Shown: piece after piece, positions 51,941 to 64,000 of the stretch | How positions within the stretch are numbered: position 1 is the first letter of the stretch | How the letters are laid out: every line of letters begins with the position of its first letter | Position numbers and translations under genes: made by a program | The notes under the pieces: model-generated | Database searches by the model: none | The model's input: the letters and a program-made list of their open reading frames with translations, nothing else | Told to the model about the DNA's origin: nothing | Origin: Octopus vulgaris | Lineage: Eukaryota | DNA length: 64,000 nucleotides | Direction: 5' to 3' | NCBI GenBank assembly: GCA_951406725.2 | Contig: OX597818.1 | Coordinates: 106,268,001 to 106,332,000, forward strand

Positions 51941-52136
51941 CTGTTGTGTCTGGGGAGAGTCATTTTCCTTTTGTGCCTTATGATGTAACACACTCACTGG
52001 TAAATAGTCAAAACTATGGAAAAAGTTGCAAGATGCAACAAAAATTTTAGGAAAATAAAAATAAGTGGAAATTTTACCGGTGAGTGTGATAAATTATAAG
52101 GCACAAAAAGAAAATGACTCTCCTCAGACACAACAG
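51941..52136. mobile_element. MITE, 196 bp, with ~64-bp TIRs
   Basis: CTGTTGTGTCTGGGGAGAGTCATTTTC...GGTAAA / TTTACC...GAAAATGACTCTCCTCAGACACAACAG; followed by TA. Confidence 0.85.
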
Positions 52137-52197
52137 TATACATACTTATATATACATATGTATGTGTGTGTATATATATATTATATGTATATATATT

Positions 52198-53170
<973 letters not shown>

Positions 53171-53211
53171 ATTATTATATATACATATGTGTGTATATAT
53201 ATACATATGTA

Positions 53212-53268
<57 letters not shown>

Positions 53269-53304
53269 GTATACATATGTGTGTGTATATATATATATAC
53301 ATAC

Positions 53305-54300
53305 AGGGCAACTGCATAAAGGAGTGTCAATCACTAACTATTGAGGTAACCTTTGGAAGAGGTAGACCTGAGAAGACATGGGTCGAGATGGGGATGTGTG
53401 ATCTTTGGCCATTGAATCTCATGGGGGCAATAACAAGTGTCCAAGACTTTTGGCGATTTACTGCCTTGAGAACACATGTCAAGCTAAGTGGTAGTTATGG
53501 TCAGTGTCACCTAAAATGCACCCAGCACTCTCTGTGGAGTAGTTGGTGTTAGGAAGAGCATCCAACCATAGAAACCCAAGAAAAACAGACTGGAGCCTAG
53601 TGTTGCTCTATGGCTTACCAGTCCCAGTCAAACTGTCTTACCGATGCCAGCACAGAAAACAGATGCTAAATGATAATGAGGATAAACTATAGACACCCAT
53701 GAAATGTGGTGGAATTGTAGGTATGCTAACAGAGAAGGTAATTCCATATGTGGTAATGTGAACTATGAGCACACTGGGAAGATTATCTTAGATGCTTGGA
53801 TGGCTCACTAGAATTAATCACTGCATTCTGCTACCTAGGAGACATAATTAAGTGGTTTCTCTGAAGGTATTGCAATGACAGTAAGATCAGGTAAGAAAAC
53901 ATTGAAGGAGCTATTGCCATCGTTGGCAACACCTCTCTCCCCACTTAGAGTGAAGGTCAGGTGAACTGAGGTTTGTGCTAGAACTACAATGTTGCTTGTG
54001 AGTGAGACTTGGGCTTTGAATGCAGAAGATGAGTAGAGAGAAAGAAATGGATCTAGTCTGCTCTGATTGATGTATAATGTTGATGCGTACAAGAGAGGAG
54101 GGTGTGCTGGTGGAGGCATATGCTGTATATGGAGACTAACTGCTGCATACAAGAGTGTCGAACATCACCAACTAAACAGAAACTCTGGAGGAGTAAAACT
54201 GAAGAAAATATGACATGAAGTGGTGAAGCTGATCTGAAGATGCTGCATCTCATGATAAATGATCATTGATGATATGCATTGCTATGGAAAACCCATCCAC
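53305..54300 (+). mobile_element. Two further decayed RTE fragments
   Basis: GRGRPEKTW plus 3' end (53305-53680); KELLPSLA..RVKV..SETWAL (53700-54300). Confidence 0.7.
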
Positions 54301-55263
54301 CCATGACTATATGTACATTGAGAACTAGGTAGTTATGCGTGTGTGTGTATATTCCCTGTGAAGCCCAACTTAACCCTACTCATTTGACATCCCCTCTTAC
54401 TTGCTAATCCTTAAACTCACCCTCAATCCATGACTCACATAACTTCATCACTCCCAGCCTCCTCATCTCACCTATTACACTCATTCTTTTGTACTCTTAA
54501 CTACCACATTCTCTCTCAGGTGAACTCTATTGCCATAAAAACATTTTCACTTGCTTCTCTCTCAGGACCCAACATTACAAATCTATCCTATCTTTTAGCA
54601 TTTTTCTCTTACTGCACTCACCTCATTTCTCTTGTACATACATCTTTTTACTTACACATCCATTAGAACATGTTAGCTCCTTTCTTTCTATTTTTTGCAA
54701 GTCTCCTGCATTTAAGGCCCATATCTTGCTATCATGTAACATAGCAGTACTAACACAAGTCAAACAGTTTGTCCTTCATTTTGATGGAAAAGACATTTGC
54801 CTGGCTACTATGCTTTTAAGATGATCATCTTCCCTGCTAATTAATTATGTCTTCTAAATATGCACTTTAATTCTGCCTTTAATACTAAAATAGTTCTTCA
54901 CACTTGATTTAGAATTTTAAGTTTCTGTATAATATTACAGATTGTGCAGAGTATTTCTTGGATGAGCATAGACAATTTTAATCGCAGGCAACACGAATGT
55001 AGTGGATCCTTGTTAATCTTGAAGTGTTACAGAAAAAAAAAAACAACATTTCCACGACAGTTTGTGAATAGCACAAGTGTTAAGTGAAAATATGAATTTA
55101 AAACATTCAAAAGGAAATCCATCAAATGAACCAAGAAGTAGCAATACTAAATTCTTGACTAAGAGTTAGTACATGAATAGCTAGTACATTAGTGGTAGTC
55201 ATTACAGAAATAACTGGTAAATAAATAATAAACACTATCAATAACTGCTCAAATACTGAAAGA

Positions 55264-55569
55264 CTAGCTTAAGGTGACCCGCTCTACGTGCGGGTAAGAG
55301 TGTGGTTGTTACTTTCTGTTGCTTCCTTTCGGCATGTAAAAAGCACCATCCGAACGTGACCGATGGCAGCGCCGCCTTGACTGGCTTCTGTGCCGATGGC
55401 ATGTAAAAAGCACCAACCGATCGTGGCCGCTGCCAGCACCCCCCCTGGCACCTGTGTCGGTGGTACGAAAAAAGCACCCACTACACTCACGGATGCCTTT
55501 AACCCGTTCTCAATGCCAAAACCAGACAAACAAACAAACTTTTCGCATTTGAGAAATATAATATAGAGA
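55264..55569 (-). mobile_element. Non-autonomous Helitron (306 bp) containing RTE 3'UTR repeats
   Basis: Minus strand A^TCTCTATATTATA...(TTTG)n...ACCCGC-ACGTAGA-GCGGGT hairpin, 9 nt, CTAG^T; no TSD. Confidence 0.8.
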
Positions 55570-56399
55570 TTATTTCATATTTTATGTATTATTGGATTGA
55601 ATAAATATTTGCACTCTGCTAAAAATGGATTTGCTCTGAATGTTTTCTGTAGTACAAAGTAAATTTAATTTCGAGGATCATTGACATTAATTTTCTAAGT
55701 AATAGGTTTCTAGAAATGTCTTGTCAAATCTAAATCTGCAGACTGAATATGTTAATTTATTATTGTAATCTTCTTCACCTGACTGACTTCATATCCACTT
55801 GTGCTATGACTATTTAACCGTTATCATTCTAAAACAGATGATTAAAAGGCTAATGGATTATTACCAATGATTATTACGACTGATTTTTAAAAAATCCTGT
55901 CATTTTCCCCCACTAATTTCCATGTGATAACCAAGGCTAGAAATCACTAAACAGGTAGCTCTCAGCATTCTGATTTTCACACAGCCTTTTTTATTAAGTT
56001 CTGGTTGTTAATATATAACCAACTGATGCCTAGTTTAACAAGATCTTTTTTTTGTTTTATCTATTTCTGATTTTATTGAAATTTTCCACATTAATGTAAT
56101 TTTTCATACAATTTATAAAAATCACCATTATTTTCAAGGAATTAATAAAAAAAAATTGTGAACCTTTAAAGATTGAATTTGTTATAATTCAAGTGAATCA
56201 AATCCACCCCTTCTTGGAATGCTGTCATGAACTTATGTAAGGCACTAGTTTTGTTCTTGTTTTGGTTTTAATTTTTGAAACATTTTCTAAAATAATTAAT
56301 TATAAAACTGTTACAAACCTTGTAAAGTTGAGGAATATTTTAATGAAAGAAAATGAAACCAAACAAATTAAACTTTACAAAGATATCATTTCGTGATGC

Positions 56400-56810
56400 A
56401 GGTACACACAAGACTGTGTGGTTAAGAAGTTTGCTTCTGAATGACATGGTTTTAGGTTCAGTCTCACTGTGCAGCACCTTGGAGAAATATCTTTTATTGT
56501 AACCCCAGGACTGATCAAAGCTTTGCAGTGGATTTGAAACATGGAAAGTGAAAAAGGTTTGTGTAAATGTATGAAACTTTCTGCTCTTTAGTCACTCTGT
56601 AACTTCTGCTGACTAATAATACAGGCTTGTGTGTCTGTGTGTATCTCGTAGTCTTAATGTCATGTGGTGGCTGTGAATGAGCATCACTAACATATAAGCA
56701 GTGTCATTAATTTTCAATCATCACTTATAGGTCTGACCAAGGGAAAACATTACCTTGCTTGGAAACAGGTGAGAGTGGGTGAAAGGAAAGGCATTTGACA
56801 ATAAAATGGT
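56400..56810 (+). mobile_element. SINE family B-like head with a different 3' part, decayed
   Basis: TGTGTGGTTAAGAAGTTTGCTTC..GGTTCAGTC; 3' part similar to 62560-62750. Confidence 0.6.
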
Positions 56811-57500
56811 GATGAGAATGACTAAAACTCCCAAACCCAATCCTAAACCCTCGCACTAAACACTCTAAAACCTCACCCTAAATCCTCTAAGCCCTAAACC
56901 TATCCTTGAATCCTGATCTCTAAAACCTAATCCAACTCTGACCCCCAAATGGTTTTAATTGGTTACTATGGGAACATATACAAATAACATCATTTGTTGG
57001 ATGGGATGTTCAGAAATGTGGCTAAAATTACTAATGATTTCAATCTTTAAAAAATTTTTATTATTAATTCTCCCCTACAAAAATGGTTCTGAAATACTAC
57101 ATTGTATTGAAATTTGCAATAAAATTGGAATAATTAGTTGAAACCAAAATAATTCATTTAATGTATTAGAATGTTACCATCTGTTCATAATCACTACTTT
57201 GCATTAAACACTTGTTTTTTAAAAAAAAAAACTTGCCAAGCACTGAATATCCTTATCATAAACATTTGACTTTGGTGGCATTTGTCTTGATTTTTATATC
57301 ATTGAAAGGAAATCTGATGAATTTACGACAAAAAAATGATTAATCATATGTACTGATTATAAGTCACATGAAAAGAAAATAACGATAAAGAAATCCAAGT
57401 TCAAATTACACTCTAGAAGGCAATCGTCATCATTATCATCGTCAACATCACCAAATATATGTGTGTGTGTGTGTGTGTGTGTGATAGGAAATCAAATTTC

Positions 57501-57635
57501 ATGGCTGGTCAGAGAGTGGCCATTGGTTTCACACCTATAATGTGCTTGACCAAATAGGTGGCTCATCATACAGCTACGTGTTTTATAGGTGCAAAACCAA
57601 TGGTCACTCTCTGACTGGGCATAATGTTCAACTTT
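57501..57635. mobile_element. Miniature inverted relic of the 46464-46937 family
   Basis: GGTCAGAGAGTGGCCATTGGTTTCACACCTATAA / TTATAGGTGCAAAACCAATGGTCACTCTCTGACT; minus strand ATGATGA-(CACCTAT/ATAGGTG)-GAAA-CCAATGG. Confidence 0.65.
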
Positions 57636-57687
57636 GCAAAAAAATATATTACAACTTTAATGTTTTAGAGTGTGCTTATTTTTACAT

Positions 57688-58450
57688 TCTTGGAGTGGTT
57701 GGCATTAGGAAGGGCATCCAGTTGTAGAAAACATGCTAAATCAGACTGGAACTTGGTGCAGCTCTCCGGCTTACTAGTTACAGTCAAACCATCTAACCTG
57801 TGTCAGCGTGGAAAGTGGACGTTAAATGATGCTGATGAGGAAGATGATATATATATCATCATCATAATCATCAGATCATTTAGTGTCTGTTTTCCATGCT
57901 GACATGGGTTAGACAACTTGATTGGAACTGGTAAGCCAGAGAGCTGTACCAGGCTTTAGTCCGATTTGGGCTCAGGTTTCCATGGCTGGATGCCCTTCCT
58001 AATGCCAATCACTCCCTGAGTGTAGTGGGTGCCTTTTACATGTTACCAGTACAGGTGCCTTTTATTTATCACCAGCACAGGTGCTGTTTACATGTTACCA
58101 GCATGGGTCACTCAGACTGACCACAATTATGGTTCCACTTGGCTTGATGAGTATTCTCAAGCAAGTAAATCATCAAAGGTCTCAATCACTTGTCATTGTC
58201 TTTGTGAGACCCAATATTCAAAGATCATGCTGCAGCACCTTGTCCCAGGTCTTCCTGGGTCTACCTCTTCCATAGGTTCCTTCCACAGTTAAATATTGGC
58301 ACATTTTTTACACAGCTGTCCTCATCCATAGGCATCACATGACCATCAGCACAGTCTTCTCTCCTGCACACCACATCTGATGTCTCTTATACCCAATCTT
58401 TCTCTCAAGATGCTTACACTTTGTTGCACAGGCACACTGACATTGCACAT
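57688..58450. mobile_element. Tail-to-tail pair of RTE 3' ends
   Basis: Plus copy 57688-57850, minus copy 57855-58450, meeting at GAT/ATC repeats. Confidence 0.85.
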
Positions 58451-59474
58451 TTTATGAAAATACAAACTGAAATTGTTATTTTGGCTGAACAGGAAGGGAA
58501 GTGTAGTGTAGTGTTAGTTACATAGATATATATTTTTATGGCCAGTTATAAGCATGTTATATGGCATGGATATACAACATGCTTAATTACTGTATTGACC
58601 TGAATGAATATGTCACGATACATGCTAAAACTATGCCTGGGCTCATTCCAAGTTACTGGTCCCAAAGGTTATTATCATGCATAGAGCCGACCAGGTTCAC
58701 CAGTGCTTTTCAGTGCTGGCAGTCCTGTGCCAGCCTCTCTGCATCTTCCAAAGGGATGTCAAAAAATGCTATGTCAGTATGAACATAAAATAGGAAAAAT
58801 GATTAAGCTTGGAATGCATATATTATGAGAATAGACCATATAGGACAGATGAAAAGGATCAACCAAATATAGAGAGGAAGTAACACACATCCCTATCACA
58901 CCATCTTGAAGATGAGACTGTGAAACAAAATTCAAGGAATTTATATGAAAATATGAAGAAGAAAAGAGCTTGATAAACGGATAAAACTAGAAAAATTTCC
59001 ACGCCATGTGTGCACATGAACACAAATGCACACACACACACATTTACAAACAACAGAGGGAAGGTGAGAGCTAGCTGTGGCTATAAACAGTCATCACCAG
59101 TCTTGGTTGAGTATCAAATTGTTCTCAGTAAAACATTTTGACTTCATTGATTTTAACAGTTTTTGTAAATGATACTTTTCTACTTCTCTCTCTCTCTCTC
59201 TCTCTCTCTCCTTGAACTTCTAAATACACAAACTACAATACTATACAACTGAGTCTGTACATAGTTTAAATCACGACTTTCTTACTAGTTCTCTCTCTCT
59301 TCTCTTTACACTGGTCTTTATATCATTCTGCTAATATTTTTTTTTTCTCTCTGGACCTCTCAAGGCTGACAAACTATTTTCACTTCTCTTAATGTGATAC
59401 TAGTATAGAAAAATTCATGAACATCAAGATGAAGTTTCAATATTTGAACCTTTACATGTGTTTGTGTTTAATAT

Positions 59475-59760
59475 ATGGCTTAATGGTTAAGGTGTTGCAC
59501 TTACACTCATGTGATTGTGGTTTCAATTCCTAGACAGAGCAGTGAGCTGTGTTCTTGAGAAAAACAATTCATGCCATTTTGTTCTTCGATTATTTCAACA
59601 CCTGATGCATGGTACGCTGTGCACCTGTTCAGGTGTGGTAGATTCAATTGAGAGAGTGAGCTAATGTATAACACATACATTTGATCACTATAAACAAATA
59701 ATTTATGTAGGTCATTTGGTTAAAACTGAACACTCATATGCTATCTTTAACAGGAGAGTC
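59475..59760 (+). mobile_element. tRNA-derived SINE, decayed
   Basis: TGGCTTAATGG A box, GGTTTCAATTCC B box, GTGTTCTTGAG. Confidence 0.5.
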
Positions 59761-61074
59761 CATCATACATATATATAACCAGTGTCTGTAAGACATGTAA
59801 AACACCTATACATAAATTCATCTATGCAAATATTCTTATTCAGTTATATCAGAATCCAGCCAATATTCTATTTTCGTCATTATTTTCTAATATCAGGGTC
59901 TTACATGCTAAAATGCTTTATAGTGATTAAAAAATAACATCCTCAGGATAACTACAAAAAGGATTCTGGCAGAATATTGCAGTATAAAGAAACTAAAGGA
60001 TCTAATGACAGATAAAACGCCTAGAATTTATAAAGTGAAAAGAAAATTCCCCAAGTAGATCGAACTCTCAACAATGATATTGTAAAGAATGTCAGTGAAC
60101 TGTCAGGTCTGTCAAATCCATAGCTGTTCTCATTCTGTGATGGTTTTAAAACAGTTCAATTGCTTGCAAACCTTGCACTCTGAACTTCCTAATCTCTTTG
60201 ATTTGTGCAATTCTGTTAAGAGCACTTGCATCCTAATTCATTTATATTATATCTCATTTATGTTTCTCTGATGATATTTTTCTAAAATGTTAAAATGTAG
60301 ATTTGTAAAAAGAAAAACAGATATTATTTCAGAAAGGATAGTGGTATAAGATGTTAGTATTAAAAGAAAAGATTGAAAGGAAATAGTTGAAGTTATAAAA
60401 CAAATTAGATATTTATTCGTAATTATTGAGGAGAATTAATTCATTTAAAAATATAATTTTTATTGAGAAAGACGAAACTTGAAATAGAATTATGATATGA
60501 AACTACCAAACTGATTCAGAATACACTCTTTCACTGTCACAATAAACATAAGAGTTCTTTGTTATTGATATGAAATCCTTTCTAAAGATGGTTACTGAAT
60601 TTATATTTTGTGACTCCACTTTAATTACTTATCCCAATTGCAAATTTATTCCAGTGGTTTTGAATGGGCGGAAGATGATGATAACCTTAACTGAAGTGTA
60701 AACTTGTCTACTTTAATTATCACCTGTAGCATTCATTTGAGAGTTAAAGATATGGATTAACTCATATTTTAATTGCTGTAGTATGAAAAAAATAAATATG
60801 GAATAATGATAAGTGGATACTGGAATCCTAATCTTTTTCTTCATTGAAATTACATTAACAATACATATGCACACATGTGCATGCACGCATACACACACAC
60901 ACACATACACAGACATACATACCAGTAAAGAAGCAAAAATCTCAATACACGTAAGGCCTAAAAGTCAGATTATAAAGTTAAACACTACAGCCTTCACAAA
61001 CACAATGAAAAGTCAGTGCCTGTGGAGGTAACGTTGCAAGAATGGTAAGAATTGTTGTAATATTTTGCATGGTA

Positions 61075-61255
61075 AAGGCAGTGAGTTGGCAGAAACATTA
61101 GAATGTCGGGCGAAATGCTTGGTGGTATTTCGTCTGTCTTTACATTCGGAGTTCAAATTCCACTGAGGTCGACTTTGCCTTTCATCTAATTGACTGCCCC
61201 CACCCCCGCCACCTCCCCCAAAATTTCAGGCCTTGTGCCTAGAGTAGAAAAGAAT
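61075..61255 (+). mobile_element. SINE family C, internally deleted
   Basis: GAGTTGGCAGAAAC..GAGTTCAAATTCC..GACTTTGCCTTTCATC; related to 8868-8948 and about 40600-40760. Confidence 0.6.
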
Positions 61256-61689
61256 ATTTTACATATTAAAAATGAAGCTGGTCGATTCGAAAATCTGAAT
61301 AACAGGTGAAGGCTTGATGTGATGACTAGTGTAAGGTTTATATCTTTCTAATTTTGTTGATGTTTATTATAATCTATAATATAACTTTAATTTATTTATG
61401 AGGTAACAATTTTATTAAACATCAGGAATTTTAAGATAAATCCTACACAGAGAACTTTAAAAACATGCAGAAAGGCATATTGCCAATAGTCTGCTTTCAT
61501 ATTTGGCTTTACTTTCAGATGAGTTTGTTATACACTTCATTCATTCTCTGGAATGATGACTATACGGAAGCAAAAAAGAGTCAGAAGCCAAAGATTGAGT
61601 CAAAATGGTAATATACATACATACATATATACACACACACACACATATATATATATATCTATACACACGCATATATATATAGTCAGTGC

Positions 61690-61967
61690 ATTCAAAGCAA
61701 TGAATAGTTGTATTCAAAGCAATGATTAGTAACTTATGAAACCGGTATGCTTGAATCTCTTTAATAATTTCACAATAATGACTTTTATTACTTTTATTCC
61801 TACCTCAGTTCATCTAATTGTATATATCTTTCGTTACTTTGCATAAAAAGCCTTTACTTTTTTTGATTTACATTGTGCATTTTCGTTTATTTTTTTCTTA
61901 CTTTCTCCACGTGTAGTTTCTATTTTCTTTTTGTAACATATTTCTATTATTGTCTTACCATTTTTAT

Positions 61968-61970
<3 letters not shown>
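61690..61970 (+). mobile_element. Short repeat with hammerhead relic (second copy at 48165-48390), flanked by (TA)n
   Basis: ATTCAAAGCA-ATGATTA-GTAACTTAT-GAAA-CCGG-TA-TGCTTGAAT at 61712-61756; about 230 bp colinear with 48165-48390. Confidence 0.6.
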
Positions 61971-62019
<49 letters not shown>

Positions 62020-62022
<3 letters not shown>

Positions 62023-62170
62023 CATTATTGTTTAATGTCCACTTTGAATGCTGGCATGGGTTGGATGGTTTAACTGAGGACTGGCAAGCCAGGAGGCTGC
62101 ACCAGGCTCCAATCTGATCTGGCAAGATTTCTACAGCTGGGTGCCCTTCCTAACACCAACCACTCTACTT
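62020..62170 (-). mobile_element. RTE 3' end
   Basis: ATGCTGGCATGGGTTGGATGG..GCCCTTCCTAACACCAACCACTC. Confidence 0.85.
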
Positions 62171-64000
62171 CCACACATACCAGCTTAATTTAATTCATCC
62201 TTAGTTGAAAGACACCTATTGTTATGTCCTGTTGTTTGTATTTGTGTAACTTTCTCCATCCTTGTTTTCGTATTCATTCGCTGCTTTCTTCCAAGGAATC
62301 TAATGCTCTTAGCTTAGTTCTTCCTTACGGCTGGCCAGATTGGAGCAATCTCGAGTATAACCAGCCGAAATTGCAAAGATAATCTGGAACTCGACTGAGA
62401 ATACAAAACTCTGAATGACCCATCCTTGTTTTCTTTGTATTGTCTATCTGGATGTTTTGTTGTCCCTTTCTTGTATCACCTAACTGTCTGGATGTTTTGC
62501 GTTTTTGTTCCATTCTGTATTTATACATATATATATATATATATATTTATTTATAAACAAGCATCACCATCATATAAGTGACGTAGTTCATTTCCAGTTT
62601 CCAGTGGAATACATGTCTAGCCACCAGAAGTATTACTTTGCTTGGAAAGAGGTGGGAATTGGTGACAGGGAGAGCATCTGACTGTAGAAAATCTGCCTCA
62701 ACAAAATCTGCCTGATTCATGGAAAAGTGGGAGTGTGATGATGATGATGATACACATACAAATACAGATATTTATACTTGTGTGTATGTGTTTGAGTGTT
62801 TTATAAACATAGTAACTTAGCAGATTCCTAGCAGTTACTCAGCAAGGGAAAATAGTTAACTTTGTTGATGTTTGAACAAAGCAATTAAGCTGTTTGCCTG
62901 AAATAAAGTAAGATGTTTCATCTGAACATAAAACGTGAGTTGCTGTAAAGAATCCAATCGGTTACTATATGAAAAAAAAAAATTATAACTCTCAGATAAA
63001 TTTTATGTCTTTAATTGCCGATTCTTAACAATAGATTAACAGTTTATAGATGTGTGTGCATATCAATGTATACAGTATTATAGATCCATTGCAGCCCATC
63101 TTACTGACTGGTTTTACACTGGGTATTAGGTATTAGATAACAGCATGGTTAAGTAATACCACATGAGAAACAATTTCAATTGACTAATATAGAACCACAC
63201 ACATTGCTGTGGCAACCACTGTGAAATGTAATATTTGTCCCTCTCATGATCACTTCTAGGGTGATTTCAGTTTGCCACACTCTGAAGTATATTGTATTTT
63301 TAACCCTATATCTTTAAACTGCTGCAGCTTCAGGTGTTTAAACATCACACAGTATTAACGATATATATCGAACTGATTAGGTTACTGTTCCCAACAATCC
63401 TATTTATCGTTATAATCATTATCAACATTTCATTGCTATGTTCTATGCTGAAATAGGTTGGATAGTTTGACAGAATCCAACAATCCAGAGGGCTGTGTTG
63501 AGCTCCTGTGTCTACTTTGGTATGGTTTCTACAGCTTGATGCATTTCCTAATGCTAACCAGAGTGTGCTGGGTGTCTTTTTGTATTTAGATCAACAGGTA
63601 ACTTGTAAGATAAGACCCATTAACTATGCAGGGGTACGGTATTAGGGTAGATGGCATCTTACCAGGTGTTGAGAGGCTAAAGTTTTATAGACAAACAGGA
63701 ACAGGTATCTTGTTGTAGAAGAGACACATGGCTCTCTCAGTAACAAAGGGAGAAAAGATGGTGGAAATGAGAGGTGAAGCAATGCCCTCAAGATACAAGA
63801 AAATGGATGAAGAGAGAATAAAAATAAAGAACCAAAAATAGTTGAACAGGTAGATTTACAGGTGTGTGAAAGGTGAGTGAGAGAAGGTAGAGATGAGGAT
63901 AGAGATGGATGCAGTGATGGATGATGATGGATGGATGGAGGCATGGTCTATGGTGAATCTCACTTTGGGCAAAAGAAAAGCAAGTAGAAGTCAGGCAAAA

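Noticed and set aside
56820-56945. Telomere-like CCCTAA-rich tract
   Set aside because: Highly degenerate and short; no clean (TTAGGG)n or (TTAGG)n run.

Overview
AT-rich, repeat-saturated animal genomic DNA. The repeat families (RTE LINEs with (GAT)n tails, microsatellite-containing tRNA SINEs) most resemble an octopus or other coleoid cephalopod genome; this is recognised from memory, not from a search. There are no prokaryotic features, and nearly all ORFs in the supplied track are TE fragments or microsatellite artefacts. I find three phase-compatible GT-AG exons of one host gene on the minus strand (19794-19880, 9398-9495, 5210-5336), encoding an uncharacterised invertebrate protein that continues off the left edge, plus two tentative upstream exons. 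The rest is decayed mobile DNA: >20 RTE pieces (the RT carries an inserted PHD-type C4HC3 finger), a stacked cluster of R4/Dong-like RLE retrotransposons at (TAA)n, a HERO element, CR1-like and I-like fragments, mariner, Tc1 and Tigger relics, three SINE families, a MITE and a 306-bp non-autonomous Helitron. The most notable non-obvious signals are about nine decayed type-I hammerhead-ribozyme motifs from about five small Penelope-like/retrozyme-like families, a Helitron carrying RTE 3'UTR repeats, and a 78-bp duplication flanking a SINE. I cannot claim an intact, novel biological system. TE boundaries are approximate (tens of bp) unless stated as exact.
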